A stretch of 63,671 nt of DNA, the filler included, from Polymyxa betae A26-41 (Eukaryota; Protista; Endomyxa: Phytomyxea), in NCBI GenBank assembly GCA_003693705.1. It is 6 parts of 6 records of this genome, joined end to end, with 100 filler letters (N's around TTAATTAATTAA, not from the genome) between each part and the next. Parts side by side here need not be neighbours in the genome. Positions count along the whole stretch, not along the records: positions 46,607 to 50,153 come from RBZT01000220.1; positions 50,254 to 60,116 come from RBZT01000677.1; 4 more parts are not named here. One strand, written 5' to 3'. Below, piece by piece: positions 48,618 to 60,216 of this stretch; within the stretch, counting starts at the first letter, position 1; each line of letters starts with the position of its first letter. The notes under the pieces are model-generated. The model saw nothing but the letters and a program-made list of their open reading frames with translations, was not told the origin of the DNA and ran no database searches. The position numbers and the translations under genes were made by a program.

Positions 48618-50050
48618 CCGTATAGTGCGGGACTTTGTACCCCCCAAATATACATGATTCTGGATGGAGGGGTACAAAGTCCCGGACAATGTCCGCGCGC
48701 GCAATTTAATTTCTACCTATATAACAGCCTACCGAGCTCATTCCAATCGATATCTGATATCATGCCTCAACGGAAGACGTATACCGCGGCTCAAAAGCTC
48801 GATATATTGAGAGCAATAGACGAACGCGAACCTGGCATGTCCGCCAAGGCTGTTTGCGCCAATCTCAGCGTCCAACAAGGCCAAGTGTCTCGCTGGAGGA
48901 AAAATATCGAGCAAATAAAATCTGTTCGACGTTCGGCTAAAAGTATTTGCATTGGTGCACCCTCCATTTTGGACGTCTACCAAGAAGACATTTTAAGCTA
49001 CATTTTCAAAAGACGGGAATGCGGATTTGGTAACTTTGCCTCTATCATTTTAATTTTTTAAAAACTTTAAATAATTGTGTAAAACAGCGGTTTCGAAGCG
49101 GATGGTCGATTCCTACGCGAAGTCCCTTGACAGGGACTTTAAGGAAAAATCCGAAGAGGCTAGAATTGCAACCGTCCTCCGGTTTTTGAAAAAACATCGT
49201 TATGGAATCAGAGTTGGGACACATGTGGCCCAGCAAAATCCTGCCGAAACCCGTGAATTGGCTGTGGACTTCATTCAATCTGTCCGAAAGCAACTGCCTT
49301 GGTTTCCGGAGCAGAGTTTAATTCTTAACATGGATCATACTCCTGTATTCTTTTCCATGGAACCCCGCATTACATTGAATCGTATTGGAGAACGAACGGT
49401 TAACATTCGCTCAAGTACAGATTCGACTTTACGCGTTACGGTTGGCGTCACTGTGACAGCGAATGGCAACATTCTTCCTCCAATGATAATTTTCAAGGGC
49501 AAATCTTCTGGTTTAATTGCTCGGTCCTTCTCTTCGTTTCCAGAAGGTGCAGTCTATGCTTGCCAGGATAAGGCCTGGATGGACGAAAAGATGATGATCA
49601 AATGGATCGAAAAGGTAAAAAAGACAATTGTGCTCCTGGTTTCTATCATGATTGTTCGACAGGTGTTGGAACCTTACATTCGGGCTAACAACCCAAATCA
49701 AGAAAGAGCTGTGCTCTTACTTGACTGGTACCGTTGCCATTTGATGGCATCTATCGTTACCAGAATTCAAGACCTCGGAATTCAGGTTGAGCATATACCA
49801 GGTGGATGTACAGGCCTCAAACAGCCAATCGATGTAGGAATTGGCAAGCCTTTGAAAACGCGAATGCGTCACCGATTTGAGGAATGGCTGGATACCCAAG
49901 ATCGATCGCAAAAATCAAGCCGCCGTCAAGAGAGCTCTTATCCGAATGGCTTATTGCCTCACTTAAAGAATTAATAGTGAAACGGCTCGTAATTCATGGC
50001 GCCGTCAAGAGTTTAATTACTTCGACGATTGAACTGGCTCTGGTTCATCG
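48618..50050 (+). mobile_element. pogo/CENP-B-like DNA transposon, no 3' TIR seen
   Basis: TA-CCGTATAGTGCGGGACTTTGTACCCC left end with an inverted subterminal copy at ~48669. HTH from ATG 48762 (YTAAQKL..VSRWRK). DDE_1 motifs LNMDHTP, LPPMIIFKG, AWMD, LLLDWYRCH and QPIDVGIGKPLK. Confidence 0.9.
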
Positions 50051-50253
50051 GCTTTGTTTATTTTTAATACAGTTGATCTAGAAGTAGCACCGTGCGTAGC
50101 TGTCCACAATTCCGGTTGGAATTTGCTCGGTCAGCTTTTAAATCGGAGACCGANNNNNNNNNNNNNNNNNNNNNNNNNNNNNNNNNNNNNNNNNNNNTTA
50201 ATTAATTAANNNNNNNNNNNNNNNNNNNNNNNNNNNNNNNNNNNNNNNNNNNN

Positions 50254-51238
50254 AGTACGACCTGGGATTTCCGCTTCGATTTCTGAGACGGTTTCGATGA
50301 TGTTGGAAGGGCGGCGTTCATGGTCGGGATGGCGGCAGTTGTTGTTGTGCGGGCGGATTCCGTGGCGGACTGATCGAGGTCGAGAGCCGCGAATCGGTTG
50401 AGCCCGTTGTAGACCGGGACGGATTCGGAGGCGCGGCGGACCTGAGGTTTGGCCGTGCGGGATTTCGTCACCAGGTGGAACACATCGGGACGTTTCCTGT
50501 CTGCCGGGACCACGGACCGTACTGGACCCTGATCATCACCGGTAACCGAACTAACAAGGTATCAGCGCATCAGTGACATGGACAGGTTACGTTACCGGTC
50601 GATGCGAGCAGCGTCTTGATCCGGACCGAGATCCGCATCTGCAGAGGAAGGCGTCGCTGTAGAAGCGTCGTCATGGGCGGCGTCAATAGAGGAAAGTTGA
50701 GTGAGATCAGGTTCAGATTGGGATATTTCTGTCATAATGAAGGAGATGTCTTCCGGCGCATCTCGATGAAGATCCTCCTCTGTAGAGGGAGGAGTCTCAG
50801 GGATGTCATCAGCCGCCTCAGCCAGGTCAGGTTCCGAATCGCAGATTTCCGTGACGGTCGTCGTCGATTCGATCCGAATCCTGCGTGTTACGTTTCAGGA
50901 GGTCGAGACCAATGGAAACTGACAAGGCGGTCACGTTACATATTGTGATGGTCGGCGTCCGTGACGGAAGGTGACGGAGGCATTTCCAGGAGTCCACCGG
51001 CTGAGCTGCATTCGCATTCGGCATTGTCGGAGTCCGGATCGTACACGGACCCGCCAGACGATACATCGCCTGGGCCTCTCCATCCGATGCGATGATCCGG
51101 GGGCAGTACGACGACCTCTGGACGATGAAGGCCGGAACAGTGACAGGTCGGATTGCGCATGAAATGGTTCCAGCAGGTATCCAAGGGGACGTACGGCGTC
51201 GAGAACGACGACGACGAGGAGGTCGGCGGCGGCGCAGC
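50254..51238 (-). CDS. Gene A, 5' exons (CWNHFxRNPxCxC motif, acidic/Ser-Thr low complexity); continues at 60116
   Basis: In-frame GT-AG introns at ~50939-50881 and ~50595-50551. The last exon ends ...KSKRKSQ at 50262, followed by donor GTCGTA. Confidence 0.7.
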
Positions 51239-51536
51239 CTGTTGGGCATATTCAGCCAACCAGGGTAACGCTAAGCGGAAACGAAAGCGACATGAAACGA
51301 AACGTTGTCTGAATGATACAAAAATATATGGACATAATACAGCCCTGTATATGTCGGGAAATGTGTCGTACTGACCCAGTTGGTAACCGGAGCATATTGG
51401 TAGACGGCGCGGCCCAGTACTGTGCCTGAAGATGATTCGTTATGTGACGGGTCTAATAGTAGGGTTAGGGTTAGGGTTTTCGTAATCATACCGATCTATG
51501 ATAGAAGTTGTGATTGATAGCAGGATTTATAATATA

Positions 51537-51818
51537 CTATAGACAGATGAACATGATAGAGAGAGAGACCGGTAATACAGGACTTACAGCTGTAGGTGCG
51601 GCATAATACCAGACGGGGCCAGTATGACGATGATTCTGTTCGAAAACGAGACACTGGACGGAGTCGTGTTCGAATGAGCCTGATACCGGGTTAGGGTTAG
51701 GGTCTGGTCTGTAGTAGGTGGTCTCTGTATGATCTGAAGGAGGATCATAGGCATGACTGCCTGTACAGATCACAGCCAACACAATGCTGATCGACACGCA
51801 GGCAGTCAATATCATCAT
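51537..51818 (-). CDS. Signal-peptide-bearing exon: small secreted protein or true first exon of gene A
   Basis: MMILTACVSISIVLAVICTGSHA; GTAAGT donor after APTA; CTGAA..CAG acceptor just before the gene A exon at 51238. Confidence 0.55.
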   Translation of the reverse strand: MMILTACVSISIVLAVICTGSHAYDPPSDHTETTYYRPDPNPNPVSGSFEHDSVQCLVFEQNHRHTGPVWYYAAPTAVSPVLPVSLSIMFICL

Positions 51819-52239
51819 CGTCTTCTGGAAGCGATTCTCTGATAGTGATGGAGACGAGGCGGTGGTCTACGCAGTCCGTGATTCCAAACTGCGCCTTGGT
51901 CAAGCCTGCTTTAATCACTTTTCGGTTTTTTAGTCATTTTTCTTTTTTTTTTCTGGCAACGCGTTTGATGGATGTTTGGCGTTCTTTTGTTGTATTTTAA
52001 AGTCTACGCATGTTTTATATCAGTATGGGAACGAACCGCGTTTGAAACCCGGACAAAAAGCTACTTAATAAAGAGCTTCGTTACTGTCGCCATTTTGCAG
52101 TCGTTTGCACTTGAACCGGTGCGTTTTTAGCGGCTTTTCGAAATTTTTACATTTAATCAGGTGTTACTGTATGGTTTCCCGATAACCGTGACAGTATCGG
52201 CAACTTTCTTCGGGTTCTTTTCCACCCTCAATTGAGACC

Positions 52240-52410
52240 TGTATGTCCAGATCTCACTTTCTTCCGTCTGTATGAGGATACTACTTGCTGGAACCATTTC
52301 GTTCGCAATCCGAGATGTGATTGCTGTGAGGTCGAGATGATCCCTCCTCGCTCGTCAAGCCCTACCAGATCTCCCTGTTGGATTGGAGCGGGTGCGTCTC
52401 CTACCTGATC
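52240..52410 (+). pseudogene. Inverted degenerate copy of the gene A N-terminal motif
   Basis: TTCWNHFVRNPRCDC on + versus DTCWNHFMRNPTCHC on - at ~51135-51180. Confidence 0.6.
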
Positions 52411-52680
52411 GCTGCTCTCTTAAATCCTGCTGAGATGGCTGATTGTAACAAAGGCTCGAATTACTCGCATAACAAGGATCAAACCACATTCACGGAATAA
52501 CACGATACCCTGACGTTACCAAACCCTGACAATGTAACGCAGATGGTAACGTATTGCTGTACGAATCTAGCACAGTATTACCAGATAATCTACGAACATT
52601 TGCTAGAATACAGAAACGCCATACGAGGAGGAGTACGCCCTTCAGTAAGCTGAAATTTGAATTTAATTGCAGATCCCAAT

Positions 52681-53031
52681 GACTTAATGTCGTACTAGCC
52701 CTGTTTATCATCATACTGGCAGAATACCTTTACTGTAACGATTAAATCCGTTTAAGTTTACAGAAATAAGAATTTCCACTCCGTTCAATTTGAACATTTC
52801 CTTTAAAGTACATAATATATGTCAAACATAAAAAAAATGATTAAGGTTTTGGATAAAAGGAGGAACTTCTGCAAACTTGATAAAGCCCTAATTGAAAAGT
52901 ACAAAGTGTGGATAGCGGGAGTATATTGACTTAATGTAGTACTAGCCCTGATTGTCGTCAGACTGGCAGAATACATTTACTGTAACTTGTTAAGCCCTAA
53001 TTAAGAAGTACAAAATGTGGATGGCAGGAGA
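52681..53031. repeat. Short diverged direct repeats
   Basis: GACTTAATGT.GTACTAGCCCTG...ACTGTAAC at 52681 and 52929; AAGCCCTAATT.A.AAGTACAAA.TGTGGAT at ~52883 and ~52992. Confidence 0.75.
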
Positions 53032-53071
53032 TTGGTTTATACAGATATGTAACGGGAAAGGGTAGGGAACA

Positions 53072-54188
53072 CTAAAGCCCTAATCGGCGCAGGTTGGAAT
53101 GCGGACAGAGAATGGGATCGGCCCGGGAGTCGATGCGGCCTCCCCAGGCGTCGCAGAACTTGCGCACATCATCATGACAGTGATTACGCAGACACCAGAG
53201 CAGAGGCCACACCATCTGCAGGAACGATTTATTCATAAGACGAGGAATCGTCTCAAGTTGATTTCCGCCCAGTTTCAGATCGAGCGAGACCGCACAGATC
53301 AGCTGATCCAAGGTCGTCGTCGCCGAATGGAAATACTCGAACTCGGTGATGTCGACGTGCTGGCCCAGCGACGCCAACCAGAACGTCCGGCGTCTGCCGA
53401 ACAGCAGACGCGGCGCGAAATACGCGTGCAGGTCGAGGCCGCGGACGTACTCGACCAGCGACGCGTACACGTTGACGACGCCGAGATCCAGGTCCGTACG
53501 GGGCTCGTGCGCCCAGCCCTACGTTACATTACGATACCAACACACGAAACCGTTACAGATAGATAAAAAGGTGGACTGACGAAAAGGTTGGGTGACACGA
53601 CGGGTTCCGGTACAGTCTCCTGGCGGGGCGAGTCAGTAACATAACGGACGTGCATTACGTTACAGAAGTAATGTTACCAGCTGGGAGATCAGATCGTAGG
53701 TTGGAACGCAAGATAGACGAAGATCTAGATCCATGTCGATGTCGTCATCATCCTGATCGAACTGAAACGTTACCGGTTTGTTCGGCTCCGTGCAACTCGA
53801 CTGTACCCGACACGTTACCAATCGGTGACAGTCAAAAAGCGAAAAAAAACCAACGTTACACACCGATGGCAACGAGCTCTCGCCGACGCTAAGTGCCCCG
53901 TGATGAGCAGTATGATCACAAGCCTGTAACGTAACGTTGAGCAGTGAACACCAGCAGTAACGTAATCTCCGAACCAGTGACAGGCGTAGATCCAGATCGC
54001 TATGAGGCTGCAGTTCCGCAGCTTCATTTAGAGTCTGATCGTGTTTCAAGATCAGCGCAACAGAACGGTAACGTAACCATGTGGCGGACCTGAGAGAGCG
54101 GACTGCGTGTAGTGAATGTGGCATTGGCGTGGAGCGCCGTCAGAGTCGCCAGGCACAGGAGGCCGGCCAGAGAGGAGGTCGTCGTCAT
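53072..54188 (-). CDS. Predicted secreted protein with multiple EAR-like (LxLxL) motifs, ~6 exons
   Basis: Signal peptide MTTTSSLAGLLCLATLTALHANA. Five phase-0 GT-AG introns give a continuous frame. Motifs DLDLRLSL, MDLDLRLS and SLDLKLG. Confidence 0.68.
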
Positions 54189-54505
54189 GGGCGAAGCGAT
54201 TTTTTTTCCGAATGACGGAACGACGGAGGATCACGCAGTTTCGGCTCCGTGAGGGACCTGGGCCGCGATCCCGGGTCGGCTGTTCTCACAATCGGGGGCC
54301 GCCATCAGCCTGTCTATCACGGCTTTTGCCTGGTTACGGGACTGGATTCTGTCCATACCGTTAGGGTTTAGGGTTTCTCTACAACAATGAACCATACTGG
54401 AACCGTTCGCTCTAACAGACAGAGCGCTGTTTAGAAAAGGCGATCTTCGGAGATACCTAATTAACAATTAAAAAAAAAGCAAATCTACAAAACTACTGTA
54501 GATGG

Positions 54506-55000
54506 TGTTGGGGTGCTGGGTGCGAAGTCCTAGACGATGGATGCGATAAACTCAAACAACACAATCTCACACTCGGTGTGTATAGCTACTCTGATTTATT
54601 CGATATGTTTGTCGCACTTATAAAGTCCGCAGAATGTTCCACGCATGTTTCCACTGGAGCGGGGTGCGGCCATCTTACTCATTAGAATGATCCGAACACT
54701 CCAACAGCCCTCCCGATGGCCAAAACTCGCTCAGCAACTTATTGAACTTGAGGGGTCCCAGCGGTTTCGTCATTAAATCCGCTAGTTGAAATTCAGATGG
54801 TAGATATTTTAACTCGATCACCTTATTTTCCACCAGATTCTGCAAAAAATGAAATTTCGTGTAGATATGATTCGTCCGACTCGATAATTTCGGCTTGATA
54901 CACCATGAGATACAGGTTTGATTATCTTCAAATACTGGAACAGGAGCCGGGCAATATTGTAGCATGCCGAACTCGTCCATTAAGTTCTGAATCCATATTA
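54506..55000 (-). mobile_element. Ty1/copia 3' remnant: RNase H, PPT and 201-bp LTR
   Basis: VFEDNQ..RTNHI..FHFL..QLADLMTKPL. LTR TGTTG...CAACA at 54506-54706, with GGGAGGGC PPT on -. Confidence 0.9.
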
Positions 55001-55002
55001 GA

Positions 55003-55394
55003 AGAAGATGGCTCTGTCGTTCACGTTCACCATGGGCCTGCGTCTTAAGACGCTCTGTCAAAAGACCATCGACGCTATTCACAATCTCGATTTGACGACC
55101 GTCACCTCCCTCGATTTGAAAAACTTTTTACAACCGAACCTGTTGGAGACCTGCAAGACGATGATGACGATGTACAAGAACGAGGACCCAGAAGAAGATA
55201 ACGATCTCGTTCAATCCTGCATGCTGGCAGCCTTGCCTTTGCATTTGTTTTACGACCTCCATTTCCTCCTTGGAATGGGAACTGTCAATATCGGGAACTT
55301 GAAAGCTCCCGGAAAGCCGCTGGAGATTGTCGAGGTGATTGATGTCGATGGGAATGTGGAAGCCGCGGACGAGCAGCTGGAAATTGTTGACTAA
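55003..55394 (+). pseudogene. 5'-truncated inverted paralog of the gene A C-terminus
   Basis: LSFTFTMGLRLKTLCQKTIDA...GNLKAPGKPLEIVEVIDV matches 58032-58400 on -. Similarity extends ~150 bp into the 3' flank (55395-55540 vs 57890-58031). Confidence 0.88.
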
Positions 55395-56759
55395 ATGTCA
55401 CCAATTTCGTGGCAACTATATTTCACGTTACACATTTGACAAGACGATTTTTCTTGAAAAATAAAACATTCTCGATTTCGAAGACCAACCTTAAGTCGAT
55501 GCCAGAAAACTTGATCGTTCATGATCTGTCTGTAGAAGGCTGCGCATGAAACCCTTTCCCCGTAAATAGAGTTCTGATACGAAAAGTCGAAAACCTGGCT
55601 AATCTTAAATCATTATGGGTGTGTTTATCAGATCGCAAACCAATGTACGTCTTTATATTATATGTTAGTACAACATTCAGGTAGATCGGCAGAGAGTGCA
55701 GGGTTGAACCCTAACCCCCAACCCAATCAGGGAATACGTCGCCTTTGTGGTAGGGGATAGCGGCCGTTATTGATGTCCCAATCTCAGACAGCTCTTTCAA
55801 TAAGAGCGCCTTCTCATATATGAGCGGATCCTGGAATCTGTAAAAGCATCGCTGAGCTCATGAACGCCATTCAATGAAAATTAGAAGCAAACTCACCAAA
55901 CAAAGATGCCAAATTGTTTTACAAAGTTGAACTTCTACAAATGCAACCTTTGAGCAATTTGCAGCTTTTTGAAAAAATGAATATTTGTTTTCAGAATGGA
56001 AAAAGTTTTGCAAAATTTGATCAAGTTGATCGCATTCAAATTGTTGTTTGAACTAAACACGAAATTTTAAATTATTTACAGAATTAAAACCCTATTAAAA
56101 AGTGAAACACAAATATGAAACAGCTTTTCACAGAATGGGCTGGAAGTTTTTTACAACTTTTTTTAGCCCAAACTTGCAAGCGATCCGCCTTACATTGCAA
56201 GAATACAGGCCTTAGATCTGGCCGAACATCGGGCGAACAAACATTCCGACATTGGGCCCAGTATCGATCTCAATGCAAAATGCACTTCGATTCGATTCTG
56301 TTCGTCGACTTCTGTGAACAGGAGTTATATTCCAGCGCTACAAGACATCAGAAACCAGCCGACCGCGTCCGGACAGGGTCAGTACGACCGCCCGACCCGC
56401 CATCAGCGCACTGGATGATAGACGGCGAAAGGCGACCGCCTCCAGGCGCCTCAGAGGCCGTTCTTGATGATACGTGAAATACGATACGAACTCGATCTAG
56501 GAGTTGGAGCAATGTCAGCAGAGGTAACATAGCTAAAACAGGACCAACGTTACATGAAAACGTCAATAAATGGCGAATTAACGTAACATGAAAACGACAA
56601 TAAAAGGCGAAATCTTCATCAGCTGCAAACAGGTGATGGAGAGAGAGAGAGAGAGAGCAAAAATGTGTAACGTAATACTGTGAAATTACTCTTGGTGGAA
56701 ACGTAAAACCAGCGCGACCTCGATTTCGGGCCCAAGAATAAATATAATGCGAGAAACGA

Positions 56760-57206
56760 AATCAAGTAACGTGATACAGCAATGCTACAGTGCTATGGAA
56801 ATGTAAACCGGGCTCGACCTTGGATAGGGTTTGGGTCGAGTCGAGCTTGAGCTCGGCCACGGTCGCCTGAACGGCCTCGTCGGACACAACTATGATAGCG
56901 TTACATCGCAGTCACTGACAGCCGAGCCGATAACGTTACCAGGGGGCCGCCCCAGACCCTGACAGAGATCACATAAAAACCTAACGACAGTCAGTAACGC
57001 GGCCGTGCCGACATCTGTTTACGATACCGTCGCAGATCTTCGAACTGCCACTGATCCGTAAAGTAGTCGCCGGCTGCGAACAGGTCGAGCGCGTCCAACT
57101 CCGAAACGGTCGCGTCCGCCAGCGAGTGGATCAGAGCGACACGCGGCGAGGACGTTCTCATCAACAGTGAGTTTCCAACTGACAGAAACTGCGTCACTGC
57201 AGCCAA
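56760..57206 (-). CDS. Possible multi-exon hypothetical gene
   Basis: GC-rich coding-like segments (ORF 56991-57206; VSDEAVQATVAELKLD) separated by GT...AG intron-like stretches. Confidence 0.3.
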
Positions 57207-58031
57207 GTCACTATCACTATCGGCGACTGGCGCAGTTTTTGTGGCTCGGAGAACTGCTCTTCATGGTCGGATCGGCCATCCGCCGAGAGCCATTAACATT
57301 TGTGGTAAGTGGCGTGGCCCCAACTGAAGCTGAGAGATCTTAGAGCAGGCGAAGCGAAGCCAATCAACGTAATGTTACGAAGAGTCTTCATGAGAGGTGA
57401 TGCGGCGCTAAAAAACATGAAAAGTAATATAAAAAACAAAGACAAAAGAAACTAAGAAATAACAGTCTAAAAAACAAAATTAAAAATAATGTTGCAAGAA
57501 TTGATTGCAGGCAGATTCATAGGGAAATTTTCTCAGAGAAGATATCGTTCGGCGATTAAAACGACGGTCTTTCAGAGGCAGCAGTTAGATGCAGCCAAGA
57601 GATTATCGCTTTTCAAAGATCCGAGAAATGCACGCCTCTTAGATCTGTGTATCTAACTGGAATGTTCCTATATAGGAATCAAATCATTCGGATTTTTTTT
57701 TAAGTTTCACCTGGCTTAAACAACATCACAACATCGTTACATCATTGATGGATCGCGACTGAAATTGAATGCTTCAGGGCCAAATGTATTTCATACACGC
57801 AATCCAAGTGATGGAGAACGGGAAACTAAAACGAGGAAGACGGAACCCTACGATAATTGATAACCACGACCAGAATTCGCTCATTAAACTTCTCTACAGA
57901 CGGATCGTGAACGATCAAGTTTTCTGGCATGGTAAGGCAGGTCTGCGAAATCGAAAATGTTTTTTATTCAAAAAAAAATCGTCTTGTCAAAAGTGTAATG
58001 TGAAATATCTTTGCCACGATAAAGGTGACTT

Positions 58032-60116
58032 TTAGTCAGCAATTTCCAGCTGCATCTCAGCGGCTTCCACATTCCCTTCAACATCAATTACCTCAACAAT
58101 TTCCAGCGGCTTTCCAGGAGCTTTCAAATTCCCGACACTGACAGTAACCATGTCGAGGAGGAAAATGACGTCGTATAAGGCTGCCAGCATGCAGGAATGA
58201 ACGAGATCTTCACCATCCTCGGGCTTCTCGTACATCGTCATGATAGTCTTGCAGGTCGCCAACAGCGACGGTCGTAAAAAATTCTTCAAATCGACGAAAC
58301 GGACGTTCGTCACAGCCAAACGTTCAAAAGCGTCGATGGTCTTTTGGCAGAGCGTCTTAAGACGCAGGCCCATGGTGAACGTGTACGACAGAACCAACTT
58401 CTTCTTCAGCGCCTGAACACACCGCAAAGTTTGGTTGAGGAAGACTGCGGCGACACCCGCGAACCGATCGCCGTCGTACTCGGCGTACTTGACCTTGAGA
58501 CGTTCGGTGATCAGGTCTCGCATCTGGTCGAGCCATTCGTCCTGTTTCTGAAGGAGGATTTGGACAACAATGTTCATATCGGCACGAAGTGCAACCGAGA
58601 GCTGCTTCGTCCACGATTTCGTCAATAGCTCAAGCATGAGCGAATCCGGAGACAGGAAGGAAGGCGGGAGACCGACAGCGGAGCCATTCAAAACTATAGA
58701 ATCGACATTAGCAGGCGTTCTGTAAATCAGCAAAACTGACTTCATAAATTTGAAAATATTTCTCTTCTAAAACCCGATTAGCGGGGTTTCTTGTAAAATC
58801 AGCAAAAAAAAAGGAAAAATGTCTTGTTAAAATCTAGATTTGTTCTTTTACAACCCGATTACAATTCAGGGAAAAATACTGTAAAAAAAGCAGAAAACTG
58901 AGCACATACTTTCATTGATATTTCTGGGCATCTCCTCAAACAAGCAGAATAACGCGAGATCTTCCGAATCCTTTCACAACCTCAATCTCAAACATCATCA
59001 GATCGCAGAACAGGTTTTACCAGATCTTCTTCTGATCCAGGACGAAATCGTGATGCATTCCCATCCATACACAGATTAATATAAGGAATATAAGGGCGTT
59101 CATCAATAAGAGCGTCTTCAAGACGCTGTCGCAGATCCTCAATAATCGCCTCGTGCATCTCCTCATCCAGCAGAACCAACTCCCGCGACGCCTCCCCAAC
59201 TGCTAAGATCCGTACGGCGTCCGTCACGATATTGATGAAATCGCCAATCGTTCCCGCCTCGTCTTCAAGGCCGCATTCCTTCTGCAGATCGCAGCGCAGA
59301 CAGGTCGTGATGATCCCGATCTGGGCCATGGCCGTCTCCAGCGCGCTGGCAGCTTCCCGGATGGGCCAGTACGCCCCCGGGGCCGCCCGGTAATGCGGCA
59401 AACGCATCGTGAACGAGCTTCGGAGCATTTCTAGCGCGTTCGAGGCCGTTTGCGTGGCGATGACGTTGTCGATGACGTCCAGATCGACGCCGTCGATGGC
59501 GGCGGCGTATCGGTCCAGCGAATCGTACAGAGCGACGACGGAGTCGTGGCGGAAGGCGTCGACCAGGTCGCGAATCGGTCCGTCATCAATGACGAAGCCG
59601 CGGACCGAATACGACAGACAGATCAGGTCGTGGAACGCGAACGTGTCCGGATCATCCGACGACGTCTCATACGGCAGCTCTGTCAGAGCAGTCAGAACAT
59701 CCCGGAAGCAAAAAAACCCCGTGGGCGGCGGGTCGTACTGTCCAGACGAGCCTTGTGCAGGTCGAGCAGGAGGCGGTGCAGCGCCGTGATCGGCTTAGCC
59801 TACGACGAACAGTCAGGGAGAGGCCGTCGACGAGGGGCGGGTACGACCTCGACCATGCGACGGACGTGATCGAATAAGGTGTCGATCATGCGGCGGGATC
59901 GGGCCCGGTGGGCGGCGTCGCGATCGTCGTCGGGGGCGGGCGTGACGGCGACGACGATCTCGGAAGGCGACGTTGTCGTCGTCGCTCGGACAGATGCAGA
60001 GCTGCTCGATCTCCGGACTTTGCCGTGACCAGGTTTCTTCTTCGACAAATTCCAAAGTCAGCGGTGTCCGGTAGGGTCCGGTCCGGGGGGGGGCGAGTAC
60101 GACCTGGGATTTCCGC
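58032..60116 (-). CDS. Gene A, 3' exons (helical orphan domain; ends in acidic SIM-like EIVEVIDVE)
   Basis: Acceptor at 60040 (branch CTGAC at 60061-60057) gives KKPGHGKVRR... Further in-frame introns lead into ORF 58988-59428 and, by inferred splicing, into ORF 58032-58745. Confidence 0.7.
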
Positions 60117-60216
60117 NNNNNNNNNNNNNNNNNNNNNNNNNNNNNNNNNNNNNNNNNNNNTTAATTAATTAANNNNNNNNNNNNNNNNNNNNNNNNNNNN
60201 NNNNNNNNNNNNNNNN

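Larger units (their letters stand above)
50254..60116. repeat. Terminally redundant contig: ~9842-bp circular or tandem-array unit
   Basis: Exact 21-mer AGTACGACCTGGGATTTCCGC at 50254-50274 and 60096-60116, the two contig ends. A spliced gene reads across the junction. Confidence 0.85.

Noticed and set aside
53099-53566. + strand ORFs in GC-rich regions (53099-53566, 58344-58628, 59409-59869)
   Set aside because: Antisense shadows of the spliced - strand genes.
54501-55011. GATGG on both sides of the copia remnant as a TSD
   Set aside because: The 5' LTR is missing and the second GATGG lies within sequence homologous to gene A, so the match is probably coincidental.
50254-60116. Endogenous virus, Polinton or plasmid
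   Set aside because: No capsid, packaging ATPase, polymerase, Rep or integrase motifs were recognised, and the genes have spliceosomal introns.
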